Assembly: GCF_963921235.1 (NCBI RefSeq)
Contig: NC_086097.1
Location: forward strand, 251,598,001 to 251,662,000
Length of the DNA: 64,000 bases
DNA from: Mobula hypostoma
Lineage: Eukaryota
Direction of reading: 5' to 3'
Positions 26,359 through 38,278 of this stretch are shown here, in pieces. Numbering within the stretch: the first letter of the stretch is position 1; each line of letters opens with the position of its first letter. Made by a program: the position numbers and the translations under genes. Under the pieces are notes generated by a model that saw only the letters and a list, made by a program, of their open reading frames with translations, searched no databases and was not told the DNA's origin.

Positions 26359-29257
26359 AACTGAAGGAAGAGTGAGTAAGGGATTTGAAAGCTGGAAGGG
26401 GAGGGGAGATGCAAAATGATAGGAGAAGACAGGAGGGGGAGGGATAGAGCCGAGAGCTGGACAGGTGATAGGCAAAGGGGGTATGAGAGGATCATGGGAC
26501 AGGAGGTCCGGGAAGAAAGACGGGGGGGGGGGGTTGACCCAGAGGATGGGCAAGAGGTATATTCAGAGGGACAGAGGGAGAAAAAGGAGAGTGAGAGAAA
26601 GAATGTGTGCATAAAAATGAGTAACAGCTGGGGTACGAGGGGGAGGTGGGGCCTAGCGGAAGTTAGAGAAGTCAATGTTCATGCCATCAGGTTGGAGGCT
26701 ACCCAGACGGAATATAAGGTGTTGTTCCTCCAACCTGAGTGTGGCTTCATCTTTACAGTAGAGGAGGCCGTGGATAGACATGTCAGAATGGGAATGGGAT
26801 GTGGAATTAAAATGTGTGGCCACTGGGAGATCCTGCTTTCTCTGGCGGACAGAGCGTAGATGTTCAGCAAAGCGATCTCCCAGTCTGCGTCGGGTCTCAC
26901 CAATATATAAAAGGCCACATCGGGAGCACCGGACGCAGTATTTCACCCCAGTCGACTCACAGGTGAAGTGATGCCTCACCTGGAAGGACTGTTTGGGGCC
27001 CTGAATGGTGGTAAGGGAGGAAGTGTAAGGGCATGTGTAGCACTTGTTCCGCTTACACGGATAAGTGCCAGGAGGGAGATCAGTGGGGAGGGATGGGGGG
27101 GGGGGACGAATGGACAAGGGAGTTGTGTAGGGAGCGACGGGACATCAACCGTCTCGACTTCACCGCACCTTGTTCCCATTCCAACCTCACTCCTTCGGAA
27201 CGCTCTGCTCGCCACTCCCTCCGCACTAATCCTAACCTTATTATTAAACCCGCTGATAAAGGGGGTGCTGTTGTAGTCTGGTGTACTGACCTCTACCTTG
27301 CCGAGGCACAGCGACAACTCGCGGATACCTCCTCTTATTTACCCCTCGATCGTGACCCCACTAAGGAGCACCAGGTCACCGACTTTATCCGCTCAGGGGA
27401 TCTCCCATCCACTGCTACCAACCTTATAGTTCCCACACCCCGCACTTCCCGTTTCTACCTCCTACCCAAGATCCACAAACCTGCCTGTCCTGGCCGACCT
27501 ATTGTCTCAGCTTGCTCCTGCCCCACCGAACTCGTTTCTGTATACCTCGACACTGTTTTATCACCCCTTGTTCAATCCCTTCCGACCTATGTTCGTGACA
27601 CTTCTCACGCTCTTAAACTTTTCGATGATTTTAAGTTCCCTGGCCCCCACCGCTTTATTTTCACCATGGATGTCCAGTCCTTATATACTTCCATCCCCCA
27701 TCAGGAAGGTCTCAAAGCTCTACGCTTCTTTTTGGATTCCAGACCTAATCAGTTCCCCTCTACCACCACTCTGCTCCGTCTAGCGGAATTAGTCCTTACT
27801 CTTAATAATTTCCCCTTTTGCTCCTCCCATTTCCTCCAAACTAAAGGTGTAGCTACGGGCACCCGTATGGGTCCTAGCTATGCCTGCCTTTTTGTTGGGT
27901 TCCTGCATTGGCGCTGCTTCCTGCACGCATGCAGAACTCGTTGACTTTATTAACTTTGCCTCCAACTTTCACCCTGCCCTCAAGTTTACCTGATCCATTT
28001 CCGACACCTCCCTCCCCTTTCTAGATCTTTCTGTCTCTGTCTCTGGAGACAGCTTATCCACTGATATCTACTATAAGCCTACTGACTCTCACGGCTATCT
28101 GGACTATTCCTCTTCTCACCCTGTCTCTTGCAAAAACGCCATCCCCTTCTCGCAATTCCTCCGTCTCCGCCGCATCTGCTCTCAGGATGAGGCTTTTCAT
28201 TCTAGGACGAGGGAGATGTCTTCATTTTTTAAAGAAAGGGGCTTCCCTTCCTCCACTATCAACTCTGCTCTTAAACGCATCTCCTCCATTTCACGTACAT
28301 CTGCTCTCACTCCATCCTCCCACCACCCCACTAGGAATAGGGTTCCCCTGGTCCTCACCTACCACCCCACCAGCCTCCGGGTCCAACATATTATTCTCCG
28401 TAACTTCCGCCACCTCCAACGGGATCCCACCACTAAGCACATCTTTCCCTCCCCCCCCCCCTCTGCATTCCGCAGGGATCGCTCCCTACACAACTCCCTT
28501 GTCCATTCGTCCCCCCCATCCCTCCCCACTGATCTCCCTCCTGGCACTTATCCGTGTAAGCAGAACAAGTGCTACACATGCCCTTAAGGACACTTCCTCC
28601 CTTACCACCATTCAGGGCCCCAAACAGTCCTTCCAGGTGAGGCATCACTTCACCTGTGAGTCGGCTGGGGTGATATACTGCGTCCGGTGCTCCCGATGTG
28701 GCCTTTTATATATTGGTGAGACCCGACGCAGACTGGGAGACCGCTTTGCTGAACATCTACGCTCTGTCCGCCAGAGAAAGCAGGATCTCCCAGTGGCCAC
28801 ACATTTTAATTCCACATCCCATTCCCATTCTGACATGTCTATCCACGGCCTCCTCTACTGTAAAGATGAAGCCACACTCAGGTTGGAGGAACAACACCTT
28901 ATATTCCGTCTGGGTAGCCTCCAACCTGATGGCATGAACATTGACTTCTCTAACTTCTGCTAGGCCCCACCTCCCCCTCGTACCCCATCTGTTACTCATT
29001 TTTATGCACACATTCTTTCTCTCACTCTCCTTTTTCTCCCTCTGTCCCTCTGAATATACCTCTTGCCCATCCTCTGGGTCCCCCCCCCCCCCGTCTTTCT
29101 CCCTAGGCCTCCTGTCCCATGATCCTCTCGTATCCCCTTTTGCCTATCACCTGTCCAGCTCTCGGCTCTATCCCTCCCCCTCCTGTCTTCTCCTATCATT
29201 TTGCATCTCCCCCTCCCCCTCCAACTTTCAAATCCCTTACTCACTCTTCCTTCAGTT

Positions 29258-29293
29258 AGTCCTGACGAAGGGTCTCGGCCTGAAACGTCGACT
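29258..29293 (+). ncRNA. Minimal type I hammerhead ribozyme motif (Penelope pLTR)
   Basis: Helix I agtc/gact, CTGACGA 29262-29268, stem II 29269-29281, GAAA 29282-29285, palindromic ACGT in place of helix III, predicted cleavage after C29289. Confidence 0.72.
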
Positions 29294-30499
29294 GCGCCTC
29301 TTCCTATAGATGCTGCTTGGCCTGCTGCGTTCACCAGCAACTTTGATGTGTGTTGCTTGAATTTCCAGCATCTGCAGAATTCCTGTTGTTTGCGTTCAAG
29401 TTTAATTATCACTGTCGTGAAATTTATTGTTTTGCGGCAGTATAAAACAACACATAATAATAAAAACTGAATTACAATAAGTATTATATGTAACAATAAA
29501 ATAAGATTAAATAGTGCAAAAGAGAGCAAAACATAAATGGCGAGGTAGGATGCACGGAAACAAGGAAAATCTGCAGACGCTGTGTGCCCGGGTTCGATGC
29601 CCGTTCAGGAGGGGGAGAATCGAGTGCGTGTCTTCAGGCTCCTGTACCTCCTCCCTGATACTAGCAATGAGGGGAGGGCATGTCCTGGGTGATGGGGGTC
29701 CTGAATGATGGATGCCGCCTTTCTGAGGAATTGCCTTTTGAAGCCGGTTCCCATGATGGAACTGGCTGAGTTTACAACTTTCTGTAGTTTTTCCCCCTGA
29801 TCCTGTGCGGCGGCCCCTCCGTGCCAGACGGCGATGCAGCCAGTTAGACTGCTCTCTCTAGTGAAAGTGACATAACAAATCTATATGAATAACGGCGATT
29901 ACAGTGATGTGATAGTTTTATTGTAGGGCTTGACTAGGGCAACAGATGATGGTCCGAATATTCTTTCAGTAGGAAGGCACGTGTAACCATTGCTTTATGG
30001 ACGGCTTTTCCTGCTTATGTTTTCCATAATTTACAAACTAAACGTTTTTGTCGTTTAGCTATATCCAAATATAATACTATATACATTACAGCACCACACA
30101 GGCCCTTCGGCCCATGATGTTGTGCTGACCTTTTAACGTAATCTAAGATCCATTTAACCCTTCCCTCCTATATAGCACCCCCCACCCCCCATGCCTAACT
30201 ACGAGATTTTTAGATGTCCCTAATGTACCTGCCCTAAAGATAAATCACTCCAGGCAGTGTGTTCCATGCGCCCAGCACTCTCTGTAAAATATCTACCTCT
30301 GCCACCCCCCTCCCATAATTTCCTCCAATCATCTTAAAATTATGGCTATTTCTCCCCAGGGTAAGAGTGTCCACTCTGTCTCCGCATCTTATCATCTTGT
30401 ACACCCATTTCACGGGTCAAGTAGATTGTTATTGAGAGGTTTTGCGAACACAGCTGAGCAGTGCGGAGATGAGTTAAAAAACAGCAATAAGGACCGTTT

Positions 30500-31520
30500 A
30501 GTGGCTCTCATCCGAGAGAAAACCGGCCGATTCCCAACCCCTCCCCGGCTCTGCGACGCTCCCATTGATGGAAGCCTGGGTGGGTGGGGTTAGACCTGGC
30601 TGCGAAGAGGGAAGGGCCGGAGATCTGAGCTGCCTCGCACAGCGTCTGCTTTCGCGTTGCGGACCGGTTCGGGGGGCTGATTCCTGTTTCCAGGCAGTAG
30701 TCCCGGGGCGGCTGAGTATTTTATAAGCTTCTGGTCTGGAAGTTACTAACCGCGGGACTTGTCTTCGCCCAGGAGCAGAATTAGTGAGCAGCGGTGGGGA
30801 ACGGATCATGCTCGCCTCTACCGGTGCCCGGTACCGCTCTCTCGGGTCTGCCGCCTTACTCTTCCCGCTTCTGTGGCTTCTCGCCGTGGCAGTGCGTGTG
30901 CCGGGTTCCTCCCGGAGCAACCCGGTGGTTCTCGGCCACGTGTCTGGGGATTCCCCGGCCAGCAGCCCGGGGAGGGGCGCTGGGGTCAGTCCACCACAGC
31001 CACCCCGAGTCTGGCTCCCGCGCCCGGACCCCGGGCCGTCCCTACGCGTCTCTCCGTCCAACACCGCCGGAAAGCCCGAGCCCAGACCGGCTGTTGTGGA
31101 CGTGACCGCCACCGACCGAGGGAAGGCGAGTAGGAGCGGTAGCCGCCCTGCTGACCCTCGGTTCTCCGGTCAGAACTTGGAGGAGGTGGACGTGGAGCCC
31201 GTCCCGCCGAGTGTGAACGGCCGGGACGGGGCGACGGCGACCCCAGCCCCGGCCCCGGCTCAGAGAGCCGCTCGTTCGGCACCGGATGAGAAGTTTTACT
31301 CGGTGACCGTGTCGGAGCAGCACAGGGTCGGGAGCATCATCTACACGGTGCCCGACCGCAGGTTCGAAGGACGGTGGTTTGAGGTGTTGTCCCCGGCGGA
31401 CGCACCCGTGCAAGTGGAGCGGCACTCCGGCAAAGTTTACCTGGCCAAGGGGTTGCGCGACAGGTCGCCCGTCCGCATCACCGTTCGAGTGAACAGTGCG
31501 AGAGGTGAGCGATCGCGGGA
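30500..31520 (+). promoter_or_regulatory. CpG island / promoter of the cadherin-like gene
   Basis: Abrupt GC- and CpG-rich, TE-free stretch; GC box ggggcgg at ~30705; TATA-like ttttataa at ~30719-30726, ~85 nt before the ATG. Confidence 0.75.
30808..31504 (+). CDS. First coding exon of a cadherin-superfamily protein (probably neural-cadherin-like / type III classical cadherin)
   Basis: ATG 30808; hydrophobic signal AALLFPLLWLLAVAV; Pro/Ser-rich pro-region; RAAR|SAP; cadherin-like YSVTVSEQHRVGSIIYTV..FEV..VQVERHSGKVYLAKGL; donor AG|gtgagc, phase 1. Confidence 0.75.
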
Positions 31521-31662
31521 ACCATGCACACAGACACTAATATACACGCACAGACACACACAGACACTGCGCCTATGTACAGACTGTATATATACTGTAT
31601 GTACATCAACACACACCCCTTCACCATGCGCACATACATTCATACAGATACACCACACACAT

Positions 31663-31663
<1 letters not shown>

Positions 31664-31709
<46 letters not shown>

Positions 31710-31747
31710 TCACACTCACACTCACACTCACACTCACACACACTCAC
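31664..31747. repeat. Compound microsatellite (CT)n(CA)n(CACACT)n
   Basis: Seen directly, at the start of intron 1. Confidence 0.95.
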
Positions 31748-32304
31748 ATCCTTCACCACGGGCTCACACTCTCGCCGCCACACATAGGCACACACTCAAT
31801 CACACGATTGACCTCGCGGTACAGTATTGAAGTGTTTTGCTCTGTCGAGTCTGACAGACGGGATTCAATTGCCAGCAGAACAGTTTAACTGCGTGTTAGC
31901 AAAAATCAGTTCCATCGTGATGCGATAACATTGCAGTGCCACAAGTTTATTTTTTAGAAAACGCCTCCATACACCAAAGTTGCAGATACAAGGAAAAAAA
32001 CCCAGCAGATATTCGGAGTTTTAACCAAAGACCTGTGGGGTTTCAGGAGTGTTTCGGAAGAAAAATATGAGCGAATTCTCGAATTGGGATGTTAGATGCG
32101 GAATGAAACATTTCCGATTGTGAAAGTTGTTGAATAGTTACAGATTGTGATCTCGTGAACAGCGCAATGAAATCATATTGAAAGCAGATCTGGACAGGCA
32201 CTCGGACCAAGCGAGGGAAATGGTACCGGCTCAGTTGCAAAGTCGCAGTCCAGTATAATGTTATATGCACAAGTACACGTATGCACAGAGCGATATGGTA
32301 TGTC

Positions 32305-32725
32305 AAACACGAGAAAAATCTGCAGATGCTGGAAATCCAAGACAACACACACAAAATGCTGGAGGAGCTCAGCAGGTCAGGTAGCATCGATGGAAATGAA
32401 TAAACAGTCGACGGTTCGGGCCAAAACCTGATGAAAGGTCTCGATCCGAAACGTCGCCTGTTTTACTCATCTCCATAGGTGTTGCCTGACCTGCTGAGTT
32501 CCTTCAGCATTTTTTGTGTGTGTTGCTCAAGATTTCCAGCATTTCTCTCCACCTATCACCTCCGAGCTATCCAGCTTTCCCTCCCTCCACCACCTTATTC
32601 AGCTGTCTTCCCCCTTCCTCTCCCGTCCTGATGAAGGGTCTCGACCCGAAACGTCGACTGTTTACTCACTTCCATCGATGCTGCCTGACCTGCTGAGTTC
32701 CTCCAGCATTTTCTGTGTTTTGCCA
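32305..32725. mobile_element. Penelope-tail derived fold-back plus tandem tail copy
   Basis: ~32325-32415 is inverted relative to ~32450-32542; a second sense tail follows at 32545-32722; hammerhead cores at 32428 and 32628. Confidence 0.75.
32625..32658 (+). ncRNA. Minimal hammerhead ribozyme motif, sense to cadherin intron 1
   Basis: gtc-CTGATGA-a-gggt-ctcg-accc-GAAA-c-GTC-gac. Confidence 0.65.
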
Positions 32726-32744
32726 ATGTACTATGTAGTGTAAT

Positions 32745-33165
32745 CATCCGAGTCGAGTTTGTTCTCCTAAGCCTAAGGATCTAGAGGCTGATCCGGGACA
32801 CACATATTCTGGTGCAGTGTGGACAAGAGTAAATGGTGGCTGTGGTTAGTGGTTGGATCTTTTGATTGTTCAGTTTCTCCTCTCGCAGCTGCCGCTTGAG
32901 CTCGGTGGCCCAGAGGAGGTCGCTCTCATGTAGTGCAGCTCCCTCCCGAACAGATTTCCTCCAGTGACTGCAATGTTCTCCCGGTTTTTAGATGTAGTGT
33001 TGAATTTCTTCAGGCTGATTTTGATGTTATCTTTGAAGCGTCTCCTTTGCTCACCAGGGGCTCGCTGACCGACCTTCAGCTGGGGGGGGGGGTAAAGGTT
33101 CTGCTTGGGGAGACGGGGTTCGGGCACCCGGTGACGTGACCTATCCATCCGAATTGGTATTGCAA
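32745..33165 (-). mobile_element. RTE-clade LINE 3' fragment
   Basis: RLPKQNLY..QLKVGQRAPGEQRRRFKDNIKISLKKFN. Confidence 0.75.
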
Positions 33166-33419
33166 ACAGAAGTTGACTAGCAGCTACACCAGGGGCACAT
33201 AGTATCAGATAGTTTCACATAGTATCAGATAAGTAACGGATAGTTTCACATAGTATCAGATAAGTAACACTCGCAGAGAAAAGTAAGAAAATAAACACAA
33301 TATTTACAACGAAAAACCAAATTAGAACAACAACAAATTCATTTTCGTGTAAAGTGATTAGAGTGGGCACAATGTTACTAAACTGCAGTGGTGATTAGGG
33401 TGTGGCGGTTGGCTCAAGA

Positions 33420-34205
33420 GGGTTTACCAGGATGCTGCCTGGATTAGAGAGCGTGTTTTATGAGGATACGTTGAGTGAGCGAGGGCTTTTTCCACTGGAG
33501 TGAAGGAGGGTGAGAGGTGAATTGATACAGGTGTACAAAATGATAAGAGGCTTAGATCGAGTGGACAGTCTGAGACCTTTCCCAGGGCGAAAATGGCTAA
33601 TGTCGGGGGGCATTACTTTAAGGTATTTGGAGGAAAGTATCGGGGAAATGTCAGAGGTAAGCTTTTTTCTACACAGAGAGTGGTGGGTGCGTGGAATTCA
33701 CTGCCGGGTAGAGGCAGATACATGAGGAACCTTTAGTAGGCAGCTGTCAATCCCAGGGGATTTGGATTTGTGCCTCTGGTGGACTGTGTCCTCTCCAGGG
33801 TGCGAGCCTGGGCAGGAAGATTTGAAGAACCGGCTGTTGCCCATGCAGCTGCTTCCCCCTCTCCACGTCACTGATGTAATCCAAGGGAAGGGCAAGTGCT
33901 GATACAACTTGGCACCAGTGTCGTTGCAGAGGTTGCCAGAGTGAAGTTGTAAACAACATCAAACTGCCTTAGGGACCCCGGCTCCAGATTTCTTCCTCGG
34001 GGTTTACTCCCGAAGACTTTCCCATGGGTGGGTATGGCCACAGGGTAGCAGAGAGGGACTTTTAACAGGCTCTTTAATAGGCACATGGATGATATTTAAA
34101 AAAGGAATGCTTCGTGGGAGGGAAGTGTTAGATTGATCTTAAGGATATGTTAAAAGGCCGGAACAACATTGTGGGCTGAAGGGCCTGTACTGTGTTTTAA
34201 GTTCT
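33420..34205 (+). mobile_element. CR1 3' end split by an RTE-5'UTR-type element (33745-34055, minus)
   Basis: RGELIQVYKMIRGLDRVD; the insert shares ccagatttt..ggggtttactccc..cccatg.gtgggtat with 37530-37925 and 50230-50745. Confidence 0.7.
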
Positions 34206-34231
34206 AATAGTCGAAGAGAAGTAGCCATTCT

Positions 34232-34663
34232 TGTTGTGCGGAACCCTTTGCTCCTGGGTCTCCTGCCCCAGCGTAGCTGTACTGTATGGTTCTGTTATCG
34301 GGCCTGCTCCCCCGACACCTCCCAGTCTGTGCAGACAGGCACCTCCCAGTCCCACCCAGCTAATAGGATTCACCTGCCACTCATTGCAGACTCATCACCA
34401 GACCTGCAGCCTACTGAAACCCAGTTCTCACCCACAGACCTTGCTCACTCATTGAACTAGCTGCCCTTGACCAGATGCTACTAGCCGTCACTCTCCCAGT
34501 CTAAAGTTTACCGTGTTGTCTGTTGTGTTTAGTTTCTGTTCCCTCTGGTTTTGTGACCTCTTAAGGTTTGTTATTTTGCAGTCTGCTATTAAACTCACTG
34601 CTCATGGCTGAATTGTCTCTGCTGTTCTGTGTGGGGGCTAATCCTCCTCTACATTTCCTGACA
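34232..34663 (+). mobile_element. Probable solo LTR
   Basis: TGTTGTG...CCTGACA ends, 432 bp, internal attaaa near the 3' end; no clear TSD. Confidence 0.5.
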
Positions 34664-34699
34664 CCCGAGACATTTCACTTAGTAGAAATCACACCTATT

Positions 34700-34990
34700 T
34701 ATTTAGCAATGCAATGTGGAATAGGCTTTCCGGCCCTTCAAGCCACACCTCCCCAGCAATATCGCATCGCTGATGAATGCTAACCTAGTCGTGGGACAAT
34801 TTACGATGACCAGTTAACCTACCCGGTCTGTCTTTGGCCTGTGGGAGACAACCAGGGGATGCAGGGAAAACCAGGCATTCCATGGGGAGGACGTACAGAT
34901 TCCTTACAGACAACGTCAGATTTCAACTCTGAACTCCAGAACGGCCAAGCTGTAATAACGTCGCACTAACCGATATGTTACCGTGGTCCC
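34700..34990 (-). mobile_element. V-domain SINE
   Basis: Homologous to 14665-14960. Confidence 0.7.
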
Positions 34991-35217
34991 TCTAGAAGCA
35001 GGGGTAAGAGCAGAGAATGTAAATAATATCAATATTTGGCAATTTAGTGAGAATTCTTTCAGATTAAATCTTCTGGGTCAGGTCTTCAGGATTGAGGATC
35101 ACTTGTGTACATTTCAATTCCATAAGGCATAGGAGCCCATCAAGTCTGCTCCACCATATTCTTTTGGTTCTGTGATGACTGATAGAGCCCTTCAGCCCAT
35201 CTAGTCAGAGCCAGATG

Positions 35218-35688
35218 CATCAGCAAGGGAGATGAGGTTGAGTACAGGGCTACGGTAGGAAACTTTGTCACATGGTGTGAGCAGAATTATCTGCAGCTTA
35301 ATGTGAAAACGACTACGGAGCTGGTGGTAGACCTGAGGAGAGCTAAGGTACCGGTGACCCCTGTTTCCATCCAGGGGCTCAGTGTGGACATGGTGGAGGA
35401 TTACAAATACCTAGGGATATGAATTGACAATAAACTGGACTGGTCAAAGAACACTGAGGCTGTCTAGAAGAAGGGTCAGAGCCGTCTCTATTTCCTGAGG
35501 AGACTGAGGTCCTTTAACATCTGCCGGACGATGCTGAGGAAATTCTACGAGTCTGTGGTGGCCAGTGCTATTATTACTATTTAACTCTTTATGGTTCTAT
35601 TACTATTTATTATTTATGGTGCAACTGTAACGAAAACCAATTTCCCCCGGGATCAATAAAGTATGAATATGACTATGACTATGACTAT
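35218..35688 (+). mobile_element. Rex1/Babar-like fragment with internal deletion
   Basis: 35343-35571 nearly identical to 25133-25361, then jumps to the (atgact)n tail. Confidence 0.85.
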
Positions 35689-37529
35689 ATATTATTCTGC
35701 ACTGGGACCGTAGCCCTCCATACCTCTCCCATTCATGTACCTGTCCAAACTCCTGTTAAATGTTGAATTTGAACCTGCACCCACCACCTGTTCCGGCAGC
35801 TCATTCCACACTCTCACTACCCTCTGAGTGAAGAAGTTCCCCCTTGAGAGTGAGCTTGTTAAATGCCTATGAGATGGCTTTTCAGAGCACTTGGTTGTTG
35901 AGCCTACAAGGGGATTAGCCTACTGGATTGGGTGTTATGTAATGAACCAGAGGTGATGAGGGAGCTTAAGGTAAAGGAACCCTTAGGAGACAGTGATCAC
36001 ATTATGATTAAGTTCAACTTGGAAGGAGCTGCTGGCAGGGGTGATGTGCCAAATGGCATCATTCAGCTCCTATGTCTTATGGTCTTAAGATCATGAACAC
36101 GCACTCAGTGTCCACTAAGGGTACATGAGAACAGTTTCTCAGCTATGTGGAAGACTATGGGCTTTGTCCCTAATCTGTCCATTGGAGGGAGCTGAAGTGA
36201 ATTAGGTTTCAGTGCTGAGAACATCGGCTGCGAGAGTGTTTGGGATGACAGGGACCAATATTGCCTCATAGATCATGAACTTTGACCCAGTTATAAGGTC
36301 TTCATATTCAAATACTCTTTTCCTCAAACGACCAGAAACTACCCTGCTGCTCAGAGTGATGGTGTATCTTGTTTCTGATGCCTGTCTTCAATGATGGGCG
36401 CCTCCTGAGATGTAGGAAACAATCCACTTTATTTCCAGTTTTCTCATGGATCTTTAGTATTGCAGGACAATTAGAACATAGAATGCCAATTCAATACAGA
36501 CCCTTCAGCTCACAATGTTCTGCTGACTTTTTAACCTACCCTAAGATCAATCTAACCCTTCCCTCTACATAGCCTCTATTTTTCTATTATGCATTTGCCT
36601 ATCTGAGAGTTTCTTAAATGTCTCTAATGCAATTGCCTCTACTACCACTCCTGGCACAGGGCATCAGTGTACACTCCATTCACCTTGGGGGAAAAAGACT
36701 TGCCTCTAAGATCCCCCCCTATACTTTCCTCCAATCACCTTAAAATTATGCCTGTTCATATTAGCATAAATCCAAGTCATTGGGTGTATTTAAGGCAGAA
36801 TTTGATAGGTTCAAAGTAAATTTTATTATCAATGTATATATATACCATCATATACAACCCTGAGATTCATTTTCTTGTTGGTATACTCAATAAATCGATA
36901 GAATAATAACCATACTAAAATCAATGAAAGATTATCAAACTGGGGCATTCAAACCAGAGTGCAGAAGACAGCAAAGTGTGAAAATACAAAAACAGAAGAA
37001 ATAATAATAATAATAATAATAAATAAATAAGCAATAAATATTGAGAATATGAGATGAAGCATCCTTCAAAATGAGTCCATTGGTTGTGGGACCATATCAA
37101 TGATGGGGCAATTGAAGTTATCCCCTCTAGTTCACGAGCCTGATGGTTGAGGGGTGATAACTGTTCCTGAACCTGGTGGCGTGGGTCCTGAGGATCCTGT
37201 ACCACCTTCCTGCTGCAAGAAGAGAGCAAGGCCTGGGTGGTATGGTTCTGGATTAGTCAGGGCTTGAATGGTTATGGGGAGAAGGCAGGAGAATGGGGTT
37301 GACAGGGATAATAGTTCAGCCATGCTGGAACAGTGAGGATCTGATGGGCCAGATGGCTTAATTCTGCTCCTATGTCTTGTGGTCATTTTGCTACTGTATA
37401 GCTTCTGCCTTTGTGGATATCTAGAATATACGTTGTCTCTCTAATGTCATCTCACCGGTTTGAATCGAGGTTTCACTAAGGGCATTTCTCCCATATGAAG
37501 TGCTCATTGATGCCTGATGTACGTGTTAT

Positions 37530-37925
37530 TGTAGGTTCTCTATTGATCAGGGCTGACCATGGGGGTTACATCCTAGCTGTTTACACAAGCCAGGGCAGTA
37601 CAGTACAATACTGAGAGCAAGCTGCTGCCCAAGCACCAGCTTCTCCCTCTCCACACCCCTGATGACTCCAAAGGAATGGCAGAGACCGATACAGTTTGGC
37701 ACCAGCGGTGTTGCAGGAGTCTCTAGTCAGTGTTGAACTCAACATAGGACTGCCTTAGGGACTCCAGCTCCAGATTTTTCATTGGGGTTTACTCCCAAAG
37801 GCTTCCCCATGAGTGGGTATAACCACAGGGCAGCAGAGGTTTGAGATCAGAGTTTTCTTTCTCCTCGATGAACTGCCAACCATGACTGATGAGCCCCATC
37901 GACCCAAAGCAAGTGGTTTTAAGCA
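37530..37925 (-). mobile_element. RTE-5'UTR-type non-autonomous element
   Basis: Reverse-complement homology to 50405-50745. Confidence 0.6.
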
Positions 37926-38242
37926 TCATACGTTTGTGTAAAGCAGCTGTGATGTTAGCTGAAATACTATTGGCAGCTCTCTTGCCTCTGTCAGAAGGAT
38001 GTTTGGCCACTTCAATGAGTCGAACAAGATTTAGAATGAGAATCAGGTTATCACTGACATGTATCATGAAATTCATTGTTTTGAAACAGCATACAATGCA
38101 ATACGTTAAAAATTCTATAAAGTACAATAAGTCATATGAACAAAATAAACACAAGAGATTGTGTAGATGCTGGAAGTCCTGAACAACACACACAAAAGCT
38201 GGAGGATCAGCAGGTCAGGCAGCATCTATGGAAAAGAGTAAA

Positions 38243-38278
38243 CAGTCGACGTTTCGGGCCGAGACCCTTCATCAGGTC
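38243..38278 (-). ncRNA. Hammerhead motif with intact core but disrupted helix I
   Basis: Reverse complement: gac-CTGATGA-agggtctcggccc-GAAA-cGTC-gactg, within Penelope tail 38147-38278. Confidence 0.45.

Larger units (their letters stand above)
26309..29395 (+). mobile_element. Penelope-like element (RT + GIY-YIG) with inverted 5' copy of its 3' region; 14-bp TSD
   Basis: KPADKGGAVVV, LLPKIHKP..GRPIVS, TMDVQSLYTSIPH, GTRMGPSYA; VIYCVRCSRCGLLYIGET (GIY-YIG); 26309-27137 is the reverse complement of 28479-29307; tcaagtttaattat at 26295-26308 and 29396-29409. Confidence 0.95.

Noticed and set aside
27033..28963. Functional Penelope or telomerase-like RT gene
   Set aside because: 5'-truncated, YIDD segment missing at ~27902, in-frame stop at ~27991, frameshift at ~28587
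30498..31425. Overlapping alternative-frame and antisense ORFs in the CpG island
   Set aside because: Expected from stop-codon scarcity in GC-rich DNA; no domain signal
31505..31830. C-terminal ~108 aa of the 348-aa ORF (His/Thr-rich)
   Set aside because: Read-through past the gtgagc donor into intronic CA/CT microsatellite
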